A stretch of 64,000 nt of DNA from an uncultured candidate division Zixibacteria bacterium (GTDB lineage: Bacteria > Zixibacteria > MSB-5A5 > GN15 > FEB-12): positions 639,700 to 703,699 of the forward strand of contig CAVTJJ010000006.1 of NCBI GenBank assembly GCA_963735035.1, in the 5' to 3' direction. The notes beneath the pieces are model-generated. The model was not told the origin of the DNA. It was given only the letters and a program-made list of their open reading frames with translations, and made no database searches. Both the position numbers and the translations under genes were made by a program. Below, one piece after another: positions 1 to 8,809 of the stretch. The number at the start of each line of letters is the position of its first letter. The stretch's first letter is position 1.

Positions 1-399
1 TACCGCTCCGAAGGCGAGGCGGTCACAATAGTCTCCTGTGGCCCGGAGACAGCCGAGGCGCTCCGGGCGGCCTATATCCTACGCACTGACCTTGACCTTC
101 AGGCCCGCGTGTTGCATCTTCATACTTTGAAGCCGCTAGACAAGGCGGCGGTCGCCAGAGCGGCCTTGGAAACCGGAGCGGTCATAACCGCCGAAGAACA
201 CCAGATTGGTGGTCTCGGAAATCTAGTAGTGGCCGTGCTGGCGGAGCAGTCCGGAAAGACCAGAAAGCCGTGCCGTTTCGCCATGATCGGCGTTCCGGAT
301 CGGTTTGGCGAGTCCGGACGGCCGTGGCAACTGATGAAACGGTTCGGCCTGACAGCTGAGTACATAGCGAAGCAAGTTAAAGTGTTACTTGAAGCATAA
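1..399 (+). CDS. Transketolase C-terminal domain (5'-truncated by window)
   Basis: Frame open from base 1 (YRSEGEAVTIVSCGPETAEALRAA...HTLKPLD...VITAEEHQIGGLG...IGVPDRFGESG), typical transketolase C-terminal motifs. Confidence 0.85.
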   Translation, partial: YRSEGEAVTIVSCGPETAEALRAAYILRTDLDLQARVLHLHTLKPLDKAAVARAALETGAVITAEEHQIGGLGNLVVAVLAEQSGKTRKPCRFAMIGVPDRFGESGRPWQLMKRFGLTAEYIAKQVKVLLEA

Positions 400-420
400 T
401 CTCGCGATAAAGGTTGGAAA

Positions 421-1590
421 ATGAGATACGCTGACAACATAACCCGGCTGGAATCGGAAGGGGCTTTCGAAGTCCTCGCCAAGGCACGACGGATGGAACA
501 GGAAGGTCGCAAGATCATCCATATGCAGATCGGCGAACCCGATTTCGATACCCCGCGCAATATCACCGAGGCCGCCTACCAGGCAATCTTGAGAGGTCAG
601 ACCCACTACGCGCCGTCGGGGGGCATCCCGGAAGGCCGCGAAGTCGTGGCCCAGTATATGTCTCGCACCCGGGGGGTGACCTGGGGAGCCGAGAACTCGA
701 TAATCATGCCCGGCTGCAAGCCGCTCATCTACTGCTCGATGATGGCGCTCATCAACCCTGGGGACGAGATAATCGTGCCCAATCCGGGGTATCCGACCTA
801 TCGGTCGGTTACCAAATATCTCGGCGCGACTCCGATATCAGTGAAATTGCGTGAAGAGAACGACTTTCGTTTCCTGGTGAGCGATTTCGAGAAATTGATT
901 ACGCCCAAGACTCGCATGATCATTCTCAATTCGCCGGAGAATCCGACCGGCGGACAACTTACCTGGGAAGACCTTGAGGCCATCTATGCCCTGGCCAAGA
1001 AGCACGATCTCTGGATTCTGTCGGACGAAATTTATTCGCGCATTGTATATGACACCCAATTCAAGTCGATCGCGGCCATACCCGGCGCTCTCGATCGGAC
1101 AGTCGCCATAGATGGTCTCTCGAAAACGTATGCCATGACAGGCTGGCGACTTGGTTTTGCCTGCATGCCTAAGCGGCTGGCAGATTATCTCTTCACCATA
1201 GCGATTAACGCCTTCTCCTCAACTGCCACATTCACGCAGTATGCCATGATCGAGGCGCTTACCGGCCCTCAGACCGAAATCGACCAGATGGTCGCCGAGT
1301 TCCGTCGTCGGCGCGATGTAATCGTCGATGGCCTCAACAGCATGGAAGGGGTACACTGTAAGAAGCCGGAAGGGGCGTTCTACGTCTTTCCCAACATCAC
1401 CGGCACAGGGCTGAATTCGAAACAGTTCGCCGACATGTCGCTGGAGCAGGCGGGCGTGGCGTGTCTGGCCGGATCCGCCTTCGGTGAACATGGCGAAGGG
1501 TATGCCCGGTTTTCTTACGCCAACTCGATTGACAACATCAGGGCGGCGCTAAAACAGATCAAGGAAGTGCTTGCCACGGCAAAACGCTAG
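421..1590 (+). CDS. PLP-dependent class I/II aminotransferase (aspartate aminotransferase-like)
   Basis: GEPDF, NSPENPTG, SDEIY and SKTYAMTGWRLG (PLP lysine) motifs. Confidence 0.92.
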   Translation: MRYADNITRLESEGAFEVLAKARRMEQEGRKIIHMQIGEPDFDTPRNITEAAYQAILRGQTHYAPSGGIPEGREVVAQYMSRTRGVTWGAENSIIMPGCKPLIYCSMMALINPGDEIIVPNPGYPTYRSVTKYLGATPISVKLREENDFRFLVSDFEKLITPKTRMIILNSPENPTGGQLTWEDLEAIYALAKKHDLWILSDEIYSRIVYDTQFKSIAAIPGALDRTVAIDGLSKTYAMTGWRLGFACMPKRLADYLFTIAINAFSSTATFTQYAMIEALTGPQTEIDQMVAEFRRRRDVIVDGLNSMEGVHCKKPEGAFYVFPNITGTGLNSKQFADMSLEQAGVACLAGSAFGEHGEGYARFSYANSIDNIRAALKQIKEVLATAKR

Positions 1591-1613
1591 ACATCTAACG
1601 GTTTGGATATTGG

Positions 1614-1639
1614 AAACCGGGCCCCTTGGCCCGGTTTTT
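1614..1639 (+). terminator. Rho-independent terminator
   Basis: AAACCGGGCC-cctt-GGCCCGGTTT-TT hairpin with U tract after the aminotransferase stop. Confidence 0.8.
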
Positions 1640-1676
1640 AATTGATCCCCATCGACATAGTCGCTACGGTAGTAAG

Positions 1677-2468
1677 GTGAAGCAGGCGTTTGTCATCACC
1701 AATCTGCTCGATCTTCGGTGCGAGCCGAAGTTCTCCGCCGAACGGGCCAGCCAGTTGTTTTTTGGCGAACCTGTCTATGTCGGGATTGTTCGTAAAGGAT
1801 ATGTCCGAGTCATTCAACCTGATGGCTATGCCGGCTGGGTGGACCGACGATTCTTATGCGAAGCGTCCAATCGGGCGGTCGCCGTGTACAAGAAGGCGGC
1901 TGAATTCGTTGTGGTGAAAGAGAAGGTCAAAGTCATCAACGTGGACAAACGATCCTCTGAATCGCCTCATTTTCTATTTTATGGCACCCGGATCAGGGTG
2001 GCGTCGCATCGACAGGGTTGGGCGACTTGCCTGCGGATGGATGGAAGTAAGTTCCTAGTCACGAGCAACGGTCTCGTTCCCGTCCCGAAACATCCCGAAG
2101 CTTCTGGGGCTGATATAGTGAGAGAAGCGCGCCGCTTCCTGGGAGTGCCTTATCTCTGGGGCGGAATTTCTCCCGCCGGATTTGACTGTTCCGGTATAGT
2201 AAGAACCGTTTTGAGCCGATTCGGTATCTATGTACCACGAGATACCAAGGACCAGATCAAAGTCGGAAAACCGGTGGAGCGGGAAACCGTAAGAACCGGA
2301 GACCTGTTGTTTTTCAAACGTCATGTCGGATTTGCCCTGGGACGAGATAAGATCATTCACGCTTCAATGGGCGGCTCCGGAGTCAGAATTAACTCATTGC
2401 GGCCGGGTACCGATGACTACCGGCCCGATCTGGACAGGGATTTTGCAACCGCGAGGAGGATTTTGTGA
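1677..2468 (+). CDS. SH3b + NlpC/P60 gamma-D-glutamyl-diamino acid endopeptidase (YkfC-like)
   Basis: PYLWGG..GFDCSG, HVG and IHAS catalytic motifs; N-terminal SQLFFGE/DGYAGWV SH3b. GTG start chosen because the longer ORF start lies inside the terminator. Confidence 0.85.
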   Translation: MKQAFVITNLLDLRCEPKFSAERASQLFFGEPVYVGIVRKGYVRVIQPDGYAGWVDRRFLCEASNRAVAVYKKAAEFVVVKEKVKVINVDKRSSESPHFLFYGTRIRVASHRQGWATCLRMDGSKFLVTSNGLVPVPKHPEASGADIVREARRFLGVPYLWGGISPAGFDCSGIVRTVLSRFGIYVPRDTKDQIKVGKPVERETVRTGDLLFFKRHVGFALGRDKIIHASMGGSGVRINSLRPGTDDYRPDLDRDFATARRIL

Positions 2469-3496
2469 TCCAGATTGAGACCATAAAAGTCTCTCTGCCA
2501 TTGAAGAAGAAGTTTTCCATCTCCGGCGGAGGGGCCGGAGAGAAGATCAATCTCATCGCCATTCTCAACAATCGATATTCGGGTGAGGCGGCCGCCTCGG
2601 TCAAGTACGGACCGACTGTCGAAAGAATGGTCACCGATCTGCACCGGGGAGTTGAACTCCTGAGTAAGCTGAAGGTGCTGGACTTCGAGGCGTTGCAGGC
2701 TATCGGCCAGTATGACCTGCATCCAACAGTACGCTCGGCTCTTTCCGGAATGGTGCTGAATTTTCTGTCGGGTGAGACAGAGCGTTACCCCTGGGAGGTG
2801 CTCTCGCTCGGAGCCCCGGTAGGCATCAAGAATTCCCTTACCATCAGTATTGATGACCCCGCGCGCGTCATCGAAGAGATCAACGCTTGCGACATGCCCA
2901 TCGTGAAGATCAAGATGGGAAGCGAGCATGACCCCGAATTGATCCTCGCGCTCGGCAAGGTCAAGGGGAAGGAACTTCGGGTTGATGCCAACGGTGGCTG
3001 GACGCCCGAGCAGGCCGAAGAGATGATTCATCATCTGGCGGAGATAGGCATACGCATTATCGAGCAGCCGACCGACACCAAGTACATTGGCGACTGGCCT
3101 CTCATGAAGGGCAAGCATCAGGACGTCGAATTGATAGTCGACGAAGGAATGAGCAACTTTGAGGATTACCAGAAGCTGGCCCCGAACTGCGACGGCGTGA
3201 ATATCAAGATGGAGAAGACCGGCGGAATTATCGAGGCCATGCAGATCGCCCGTCAGGCGCGCCAGGATAAGAAAAAGGTGATGCTCGGCTGCATGGTGGA
3301 ATCATCGGTCGGAATCGCTCAGTCGGTCTATATGTCGTCGCTGGCCGACTACCACGATCTCGATTCACCGCAGTTGCTCGAAGTCGACATCGCCCAGGGA
3401 ATCATATACAATAAAGAAACGATCCAGGTCGACCGTGAAATAATCGGCGGCCCGGCTCTAAAACGTGATGTGGTCGAGAAGTACATTCGCGACTAA
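2465..3496 (+). CDS. L-Ala-D/L-Glu dipeptide epimerase (enolase superfamily, YkfB/YcjG-like)
   Basis: KIK, RVDAN, IEQP, DE, NIKMEK, MLGCMVES and DLD motifs; overlaps the NlpC/P60 gene. Confidence 0.88.
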   Translation: MIQIETIKVSLPLKKKFSISGGGAGEKINLIAILNNRYSGEAAASVKYGPTVERMVTDLHRGVELLSKLKVLDFEALQAIGQYDLHPTVRSALSGMVLNFLSGETERYPWEVLSLGAPVGIKNSLTISIDDPARVIEEINACDMPIVKIKMGSEHDPELILALGKVKGKELRVDANGGWTPEQAEEMIHHLAEIGIRIIEQPTDTKYIGDWPLMKGKHQDVELIVDEGMSNFEDYQKLAPNCDGVNIKMEKTGGIIEAMQIARQARQDKKKVMLGCMVESSVGIAQSVYMSSLADYHDLDSPQLLEVDIAQGIIYNKETIQVDREIIGGPALKRDVVEKYIRD

Positions 3497-5447
3497 TCGG
3501 AAACGGCTGTCCTGGCGTTTGTTGGGATGGGTATTTCCCTGTCTGCTGGCGGCGCTCATCCCCCTGACGGCTCACGCCGGTGTGTCGATGAAAGTCGTGT
3601 ATCCCAAGCCGGGGCAGAACATTGCGGCAGTCGATTCCACTTTCATATTCGGCTCTATCACCGGCGATTTCAAGAGCGCCACCGATCATCTGGAGATAAA
3701 TGGCCAGACCATACCAGTTCACCAAGCGGGTGGCTTCCTGGCGTTTCTTCCGGTTGCTCCGGGGGAGTTCGTCTTTCATCTCCGGGTTCTGCGGAAGACG
3801 GAACTTCCTCTCAAGGGATCAGAGCTGGAGCGCGCATTGTTGCTGTGTGAAGACAGCGTGAAAGTCTCAATACCTTCGCCACGCCGATCGCTCCCCGAAG
3901 ACAGCCTTGCCATCGCCGGAGACTATAATCCTCCTGGCGGTGATCTGACTCTTTCAACCGGGGATATCTTGAATGTCATGTTCCAGGGGACGCCCCGGAT
4001 GTACGCCTGGTTCTCGATCCCGGGCGTAGTCGATTCGGTTCCGATGAGCGAGACCGACCCGGCCCAGCAACCCTATTGGGGCGAGACGGTGTTCGGAGTC
4101 GGGGCTGTGCCGGATACTTTGTTGATCGAAGGTGTGTACTCGGGCATTTACAGCGTGCCCGAATCTGTCTCGGTGACGAATGTGCCGGTGACTTATCATC
4201 TGGCGACCCCGCCTGAACGATACATCCATCCGCCTGCGGACGATTCGACGGCGACTGCTGAAACCGAGCACCAGACGAAACTGGTGGCCGCGCCGGACTC
4301 GATCACGAAAGAATCCAGCTACAAGATCAGCCTCAACAATCCGGCGTATCCATTTACCGTGCGGTTCCTCGATTCAGTGCAAACGCTCCGTTATGGACCC
4401 CGTCTCGGTTATTTCGCGATATACCAGCCTGCCGGAGTCGAGGCCCTGGTAGTCGGCTCGGAGGGTGACTGGTATCGCGCCCGTCTTTCACGCACTCAGT
4501 ATGCATGGATTGAGAAGATTGCCGTCGTACCGCTCGCACAAGGCATTCTACCACCGCAGTCACGTCCCACTACGGTGCGAACGTACAGCCATAAAGATGA
4601 CGTGCTTGTCGAAATCGCCCTGAGCGGCCGACATCCTTTTCGAGTTTACGAAGACGATGCCCGCACGTTGCGCCTGCAGTTGTTCGGTCTGACGAGCAAC
4701 ACCGACTGGATCAGGTATGACTTTGCCGACTCATTAATCGACATGGCCTCATGGTCGCAGCCGGAAGAGGGGCTGTACGAAGTGAAACTCGTACTCTCCA
4801 AAGACCTCTGGGGGTATGACACATGTTACGAGGGCAATACCTTCTATCTCAAGATCATCCGGCCGCCAGTTCCTGTCGGAGACATTCGGGGGAAGACGGT
4901 CGTACTCGATCCGGGCCACGCGTCGGATCCCGGCGCTATCGGCCCCACCGGACTTACCGAGGCTGAGGCAAATCTGAATATTGCCAAAGCGCTTCGCGAC
5001 GAGCTCACCAAACGCGGCGCAAAGGTAGTAATGACTCGCGAGGATATGCATCACGTAGCATTGAACGATCGCCCGGCTATCGCCAAGCTCGCGCATGCCG
5101 ACTTGTTTGTTTCAATTCATAACAACGCCTTGCCCGATGGTGTAAACCCGTTTACCAACAACGGGGTGTCGGCCTATTACTATCACCCGCATTCGGCACT
5201 ATTGGCCAAAGAGATTCACAAGGAAATGCTCGCAGCTACCGGGATGCCCGATTTTGGACTCTATCACGGCAATCTGGCGGTTGACCGTCCGACACAATAT
5301 CCTGCCGTGCTGGTAGAATGTGCTTTCATCATGATACCTGAGCAGGAAGCGATGCTTCGGACGGATCAATACTGTCGCAAGGTTGCGCGCGCCGTAGCCA
5401 AAGGTATCGAAGATTTCCTGGGCGAATATGATCACCGAAACCATTGA
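3468..5447 (+). CDS. Secreted N-acetylmuramoyl-L-alanine amidase (Amidase_3), long N-terminal region
   Basis: Signal peptide (AHA); VLDPGH, E, SIHNNA and VLVE zinc-amidase motifs; start uncertain. Confidence 0.88.
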   Translation: MWSRSTFATNRKRLSWRLLGWVFPCLLAALIPLTAHAGVSMKVVYPKPGQNIAAVDSTFIFGSITGDFKSATDHLEINGQTIPVHQAGGFLAFLPVAPGEFVFHLRVLRKTELPLKGSELERALLLCEDSVKVSIPSPRRSLPEDSLAIAGDYNPPGGDLTLSTGDILNVMFQGTPRMYAWFSIPGVVDSVPMSETDPAQQPYWGETVFGVGAVPDTLLIEGVYSGIYSVPESVSVTNVPVTYHLATPPERYIHPPADDSTATAETEHQTKLVAAPDSITKESSYKISLNNPAYPFTVRFLDSVQTLRYGPRLGYFAIYQPAGVEALVVGSEGDWYRARLSRTQYAWIEKIAVVPLAQGILPPQSRPTTVRTYSHKDDVLVEIALSGRHPFRVYEDDARTLRLQLFGLTSNTDWIRYDFADSLIDMASWSQPEEGLYEVKLVLSKDLWGYDTCYEGNTFYLKIIRPPVPVGDIRGKTVVLDPGHASDPGAIGPTGLTEAEANLNIAKALRDELTKRGAKVVMTREDMHHVALNDRPAIAKLAHADLFVSIHNNALPDGVNPFTNNGVSAYYYHPHSALLAKEIHKEMLAATGMPDFGLYHGNLAVDRPTQYPAVLVECAFIMIPEQEAMLRTDQYCRKVARAVAKGIEDFLGEYDHRNH

Positions 5448-5491
5448 TAGGTGTCGGGCGCTCAGAATGATATAGGAGCAGGTGAAGAAAG

Positions 5492-5746
5492 ATGGCTAAG
5501 GATTCAAGCGGAACAGCGGCCGCCAAGAACCAATATTACTGGCTGATCTATCTGGCCGCCCTGTTGGCCGGTCTGCTGCTCATTGCCCACGCAATCAATT
5601 ATCGCCCCTTTACCAAGATTCCCGCCCGCTTAGGAATCGCCTTATTGTATTCGGCTTTCGCCTTCATGGTCGGCGGTTCCAAAGCACCGGCGATTATCGG
5701 GACAATTCTGGTCTGGTTAGCGGTACTCCTGATGTTCTTTGTGTAA
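5492..5746 (+). CDS. Small three-TM hypothetical membrane protein
   Basis: 84 aa, three hydrophobic segments, purine-rich RBS. Confidence 0.7.
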   Translation: MAKDSSGTAAAKNQYYWLIYLAALLAGLLLIAHAINYRPFTKIPARLGIALLYSAFAFMVGGSKAPAIIGTILVWLAVLLMFFV

Positions 5747-5776
5747 GAATTCAGCTCTTACGGTATCTCGTAAAGT

Positions 5777-5805
5777 CGGCAGATGTGGACATCTGCCGGG
5801 CACTA
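5777..5805 (-). repeat. REP-like palindrome family A, copy 1
   Basis: Reverse complement TAGTGCCCGGCAGATGTCCACATCTGCCG is identical over 29 bp to 49933-49961. Confidence 0.85.
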
Positions 5806-5862
5806 GAGTTTAACGGCGACTGCAGATGTGGGTCCGCCGCGGCGGACCGGGCACGTGAACAA

Positions 5863-5913
5863 TGCGGCAGGTCACACGCCCCGCCTTGGCGGGTCGCAGG
5901 ACCAGCCGCAACC
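5863..5913 (-). repeat. REP-like palindrome family B, copy 1
   Basis: Reverse complement GGTTGCGGCTGGTCCTGCG...GGCGGGGCGTGTGACCTGCCGC resembles 5944-5993 and 46335-46380. Confidence 0.75.
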
Positions 5914-5943
5914 CGATTAGGACCTCTATATAGAGTGTTTCAA

Positions 5944-5993
5944 GGTTGCGTCAGGTCCTGCACCGCCCCTTGGGCGGGGTGTGACCTGACGCT
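5944..5993 (+). repeat. REP-like palindrome family B, copy 2
   Basis: GGTTGCGTCAGGTCCTGCAC...GGCGGGGTGTGACCTGACGCT with outer stem GCGTCAGGTC/GACCTGACGC. Confidence 0.85.
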
Positions 5994-6026
5994 TGAAGAC
6001 TTTACCGTCAGGCCACTGGCAAATCC

Positions 6027-6452
6027 TCACACCAGCTTAGCGTCGAGCGTAATTTTGACCCCGGTCAAGGCCTTGGAGACCGGGCAGCCTTTTTTGGCAC
6101 CCTCGGCGTACTCTTTGAATTTTGCCTCATCAATACCGGGGACTTCGCCGCGTGTCGTGAGATGAATCGTCTCAATCCGGAATCCGTCGGCTCCCTTGAC
6201 CAGCGTGAGCTCGGCCGATGTCTTCACACTCTTGGGCTTGTGACCGGCCTCGGCGATCCCGTGTGAAAGCGCCATCGAAAAACACCCGGCGTGAGCAGCA
6301 GCGATCAATTCTTCAGGGTTGGTGCCGGCCCCGTCTTCGAAACGAGATTTGAATGTATACGGGCCTTCGTAGGCGCCGCTGCCGAGCTTCATCGTGCCGT
6401 GGCCCTGGATCAGGTTTCCTTCCCATACGGCTGAAGCGTGTCTTGTAGCCAT
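6027..6452 (-). CDS. osmC: OsmC family peroxiredoxin
   Basis: A.WEG.L..G.G, GTNPEELIAAAHAGCFSMAL and CPVSKAL motifs; AGGAG RBS before ATG at 6452. Confidence 0.93.
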   Translation of the reverse strand: MATRHASAVWEGNLIQGHGTMKLGSGAYEGPYTFKSRFEDGAGTNPEELIAAAHAGCFSMALSHGIAEAGHKPKSVKTSAELTLVKGADGFRIETIHLTTRGEVPGIDEAKFKEYAEGAKKGCPVSKALTGVKITLDAKLV

Positions 6453-6691
6453 AATCCGCACTCCTTCTACATATATTCCGTGTGCCGGTCGCATACCCGG
6501 CTATGGGCGCAACTATTACCAGTATACTGAAACAATAGCAGAAGAAGATGGTTCTTCCAAGCTCAGATTGGATTATATCTGCGAAGTGTGGAGCGTTGCG
6601 GAAGCTTGGGGGAGTTGCCTATTGAAACGTTTGCACGGGCTGCCGGTTAGATTGTATCCCGTGAGGCAACTGAAGAGTCGCCGGTTCTGAC

Positions 6692-8362
6692 TTATAGGCA
6701 AACAGGCAGACCCTTCGAAGATCCTGTAATGAACAAGTAGTCTATCAACGTCGAAACGTCGCCGATCGTCACGTCATCGCACGTGGGATTGAAGCCGCCC
6801 GACTGATTGACGTCGGCTTCAGATAAGCAGCCCAGAAGTCCGACGCACGTACCCGTAATGAACTTCGCGTCGATCAAGACTGAGACGTCGCCAATCGTTG
6901 GCTCATCGCCACCCGCGCTATTAGCGTCGCCGACTCGTCCGACACAACACCCGTCGCAGGCATCACCAAGACCGTCAAGATCGCGATCTTCCTGACCGGG
7001 GTTGGAAACGAAAGGGCAATTGTCGCATTCGTCGCCAACACCATCGTGGTCAATGTCGGTCTGAGCCGTGTTCTCAATCGAGGGACAGTTGTCGAGAGCG
7101 CAGGTATTCGCCGGGAATCCTGGATTGCCGAAACCGTCAAAGTCGGCGTCGGTGCAGTCATCACAAACATCTCCGACGCCGTCCCAATCAGCATCACTCT
7201 GATCGGGATTGTAGGCCAGGAAGCAGTTGTCGGTCGGCCAAAGGATTCCGTCCACGTCCGGGTCTTTGTCGGCCGGTCCAAGCACTCCCCAGATACGAAC
7301 CGTGCGGTCCCAACTGGCACTGGCAATCATTTTCCCGTCGGGGCTGAACGCCACCCTGATCGCCGGTTGGGTGTGCCCGGTCAGATTTCGCAGAAGGATA
7401 CCGGTACTGACCTCCCACAGCCGCACCGATCCATTATGCCCGGTGGAGGCAAGCACACGACCATCGGGGCTGAAAGCCAGACCGTTGACCCAGTTCTGCT
7501 CCGCTTGATTGACACGGATCGATTGGCCGTCGGCAACATTCCAAAAGCGGATCGTGTAGTCATCGGCCGACGAAGCCAGCATGGTCCCATCGGGACTGAA
7601 AGTGACAAACCCGATGTTGTTAGTGTGCCCGGTCAGGGTGCGTACCAGCTCTCCGGTGTCAGCGTTCCATATCTTCACGGTCTGATCAATGCTTGACGTC
7701 GCTATCAAGTTTTGGGTCGGACTGTAACTGACACACAGGACCCAGGCGGTATGACCAATGAGGGTGTCGAGCACGAGCCCGGTGGTCGCGTCCCAGAGCA
7801 TAACCAGATTGTCGATGCCGGCTGACGCCAGAACGTTGGTGCCGTTTCGATAGGCCAGGCTCCAAACCCCGCCAAGATGGCTGCCCCATTGACGGGTCAC
7901 GCTGCCGTCGGCTGGGTTCCAAATTCTGATTTGATTGTGGACCGCGAAGTTCTGGGTGGCTTCTCCGGAGGCGATAGTTTGGCCGTCCGGGCTGAAGGTG
8001 AGGCCGGTTACTCTGCCGGCGTGGCCGGAAAGCGTTCGGGCCAGTGAGAAAGTGCTGAGATCCCAGAGACGCACGGTACGGTCATCGCCGCTCGAGGCCA
8101 GCAAGTTTCCATCGGGACTGAATGCGACCGACCAAACGTTGCCGGTGTGTCCTGTAAGCACTTTGTAGGACGAAACCGAACCCGCCAGCTCGGGCGTGAT
8201 CACTTGCAGTACCGAGTCTGCCTCTGCTGAACTCTCCCCGGGGACCGGATTTGAAGCGGTGGCGGTCGAAACTCCGATCGCGGCTGAGATTAGGCAAAAC
8301 AGGACTAACAGAATATTAGTGGGCGCTTGACGGTCGCAATTCGTGAACATATATGGTTTCAT
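6692..8362 (-). CDS. Secreted 7-repeat WD40 protein with thrombospondin type 3 repeats and C-terminal Cys-rich dockerin-like domain
   Basis: Hydrophobic signal peptide; seven GH...WD-type repeats; DNC..NP.Q.D.D.DG.GD.CD repeats; tail CCVGRVGDAN..IGDVS.LID..EADVNQSGG..TIGDVSTLIDYLF. Confidence 0.85.
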   Translation of the reverse strand: MKPYMFTNCDRQAPTNILLVLFCLISAAIGVSTATASNPVPGESSAEADSVLQVITPELAGSVSSYKVLTGHTGNVWSVAFSPDGNLLASSGDDRTVRLWDLSTFSLARTLSGHAGRVTGLTFSPDGQTIASGEATQNFAVHNQIRIWNPADGSVTRQWGSHLGGVWSLAYRNGTNVLASAGIDNLVMLWDATTGLVLDTLIGHTAWVLCVSYSPTQNLIATSSIDQTVKIWNADTGELVRTLTGHTNNIGFVTFSPDGTMLASSADDYTIRFWNVADGQSIRVNQAEQNWVNGLAFSPDGRVLASTGHNGSVRLWEVSTGILLRNLTGHTQPAIRVAFSPDGKMIASASWDRTVRIWGVLGPADKDPDVDGILWPTDNCFLAYNPDQSDADWDGVGDVCDDCTDADFDGFGNPGFPANTCALDNCPSIENTAQTDIDHDGVGDECDNCPFVSNPGQEDRDLDGLGDACDGCCVGRVGDANSAGGDEPTIGDVSVLIDAKFITGTCVGLLGCLSEADVNQSGGFNPTCDDVTIGDVSTLIDYLFITGSSKGLPVCL

Positions 8363-8619
8363 CCTTTTTCAAGCATTCGGGTTGTGTCGGTTCTTGGTTG
8401 CTGCCTGTAAAATGGACGTGGGATGCGCGAGGTTTATTCAATTCTGGAATGTTATGTAATGTTAAAGTTTGGAGCGCCCCGATGACAGAATAGGATGGGG
8501 GCTAATTCACAAACTTGAGTTGTAATATGTAAATCGTTGACGTGCTGACGAAAGCCCGGCCGGGTCGGCTATGCACGTACTGTTCGGAATACTTTCGAAG
8601 AAATGTCTGACTTGATATA

Positions 8620-8703
8620 TGCCGGAGGCCGGAATCGAACCGGCATGGTATTGCTACCGGAGGATTTTGAGTCCTCTGCGTCTACCAATTTCACCACTCC
8701 GGC
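8620..8703 (-). tRNA. tRNA-Leu(CAA), CCA not encoded
   Basis: GCCGGAG acceptor stem, anticodon arm GAGGA-CTCAAAA-TCCTC, long variable arm, GGTTCGATTCC T arm. Confidence 0.96.
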
Positions 8704-8809
8704 AAAAGCCGAATCCCTGCCAACCACCTAAAGATAGTCAGGCCGGACGTACGAAAGTAAGTTGTCCGTCCCCGCCTGTCAACCCCGACTTTCACTCTGA
8801 AAACCCCGC

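Noticed and set aside
5770..6000. Possible CRISPR array
   Set aside because: Repeats are inverted, of mixed families and irregularly spaced; no cas genes
5785..6165. 126-aa plus-strand ORF
   Set aside because: Runs through the REP cluster and antisense into osmC; not protein-like
6692..6952. Similarity between the two Cys-rich tails as a DGR template/variable repeat pair
   Set aside because: Both are coding, similarity is at protein level, no adenine-specific mismatch pattern was noticed and there is no reverse transcriptase
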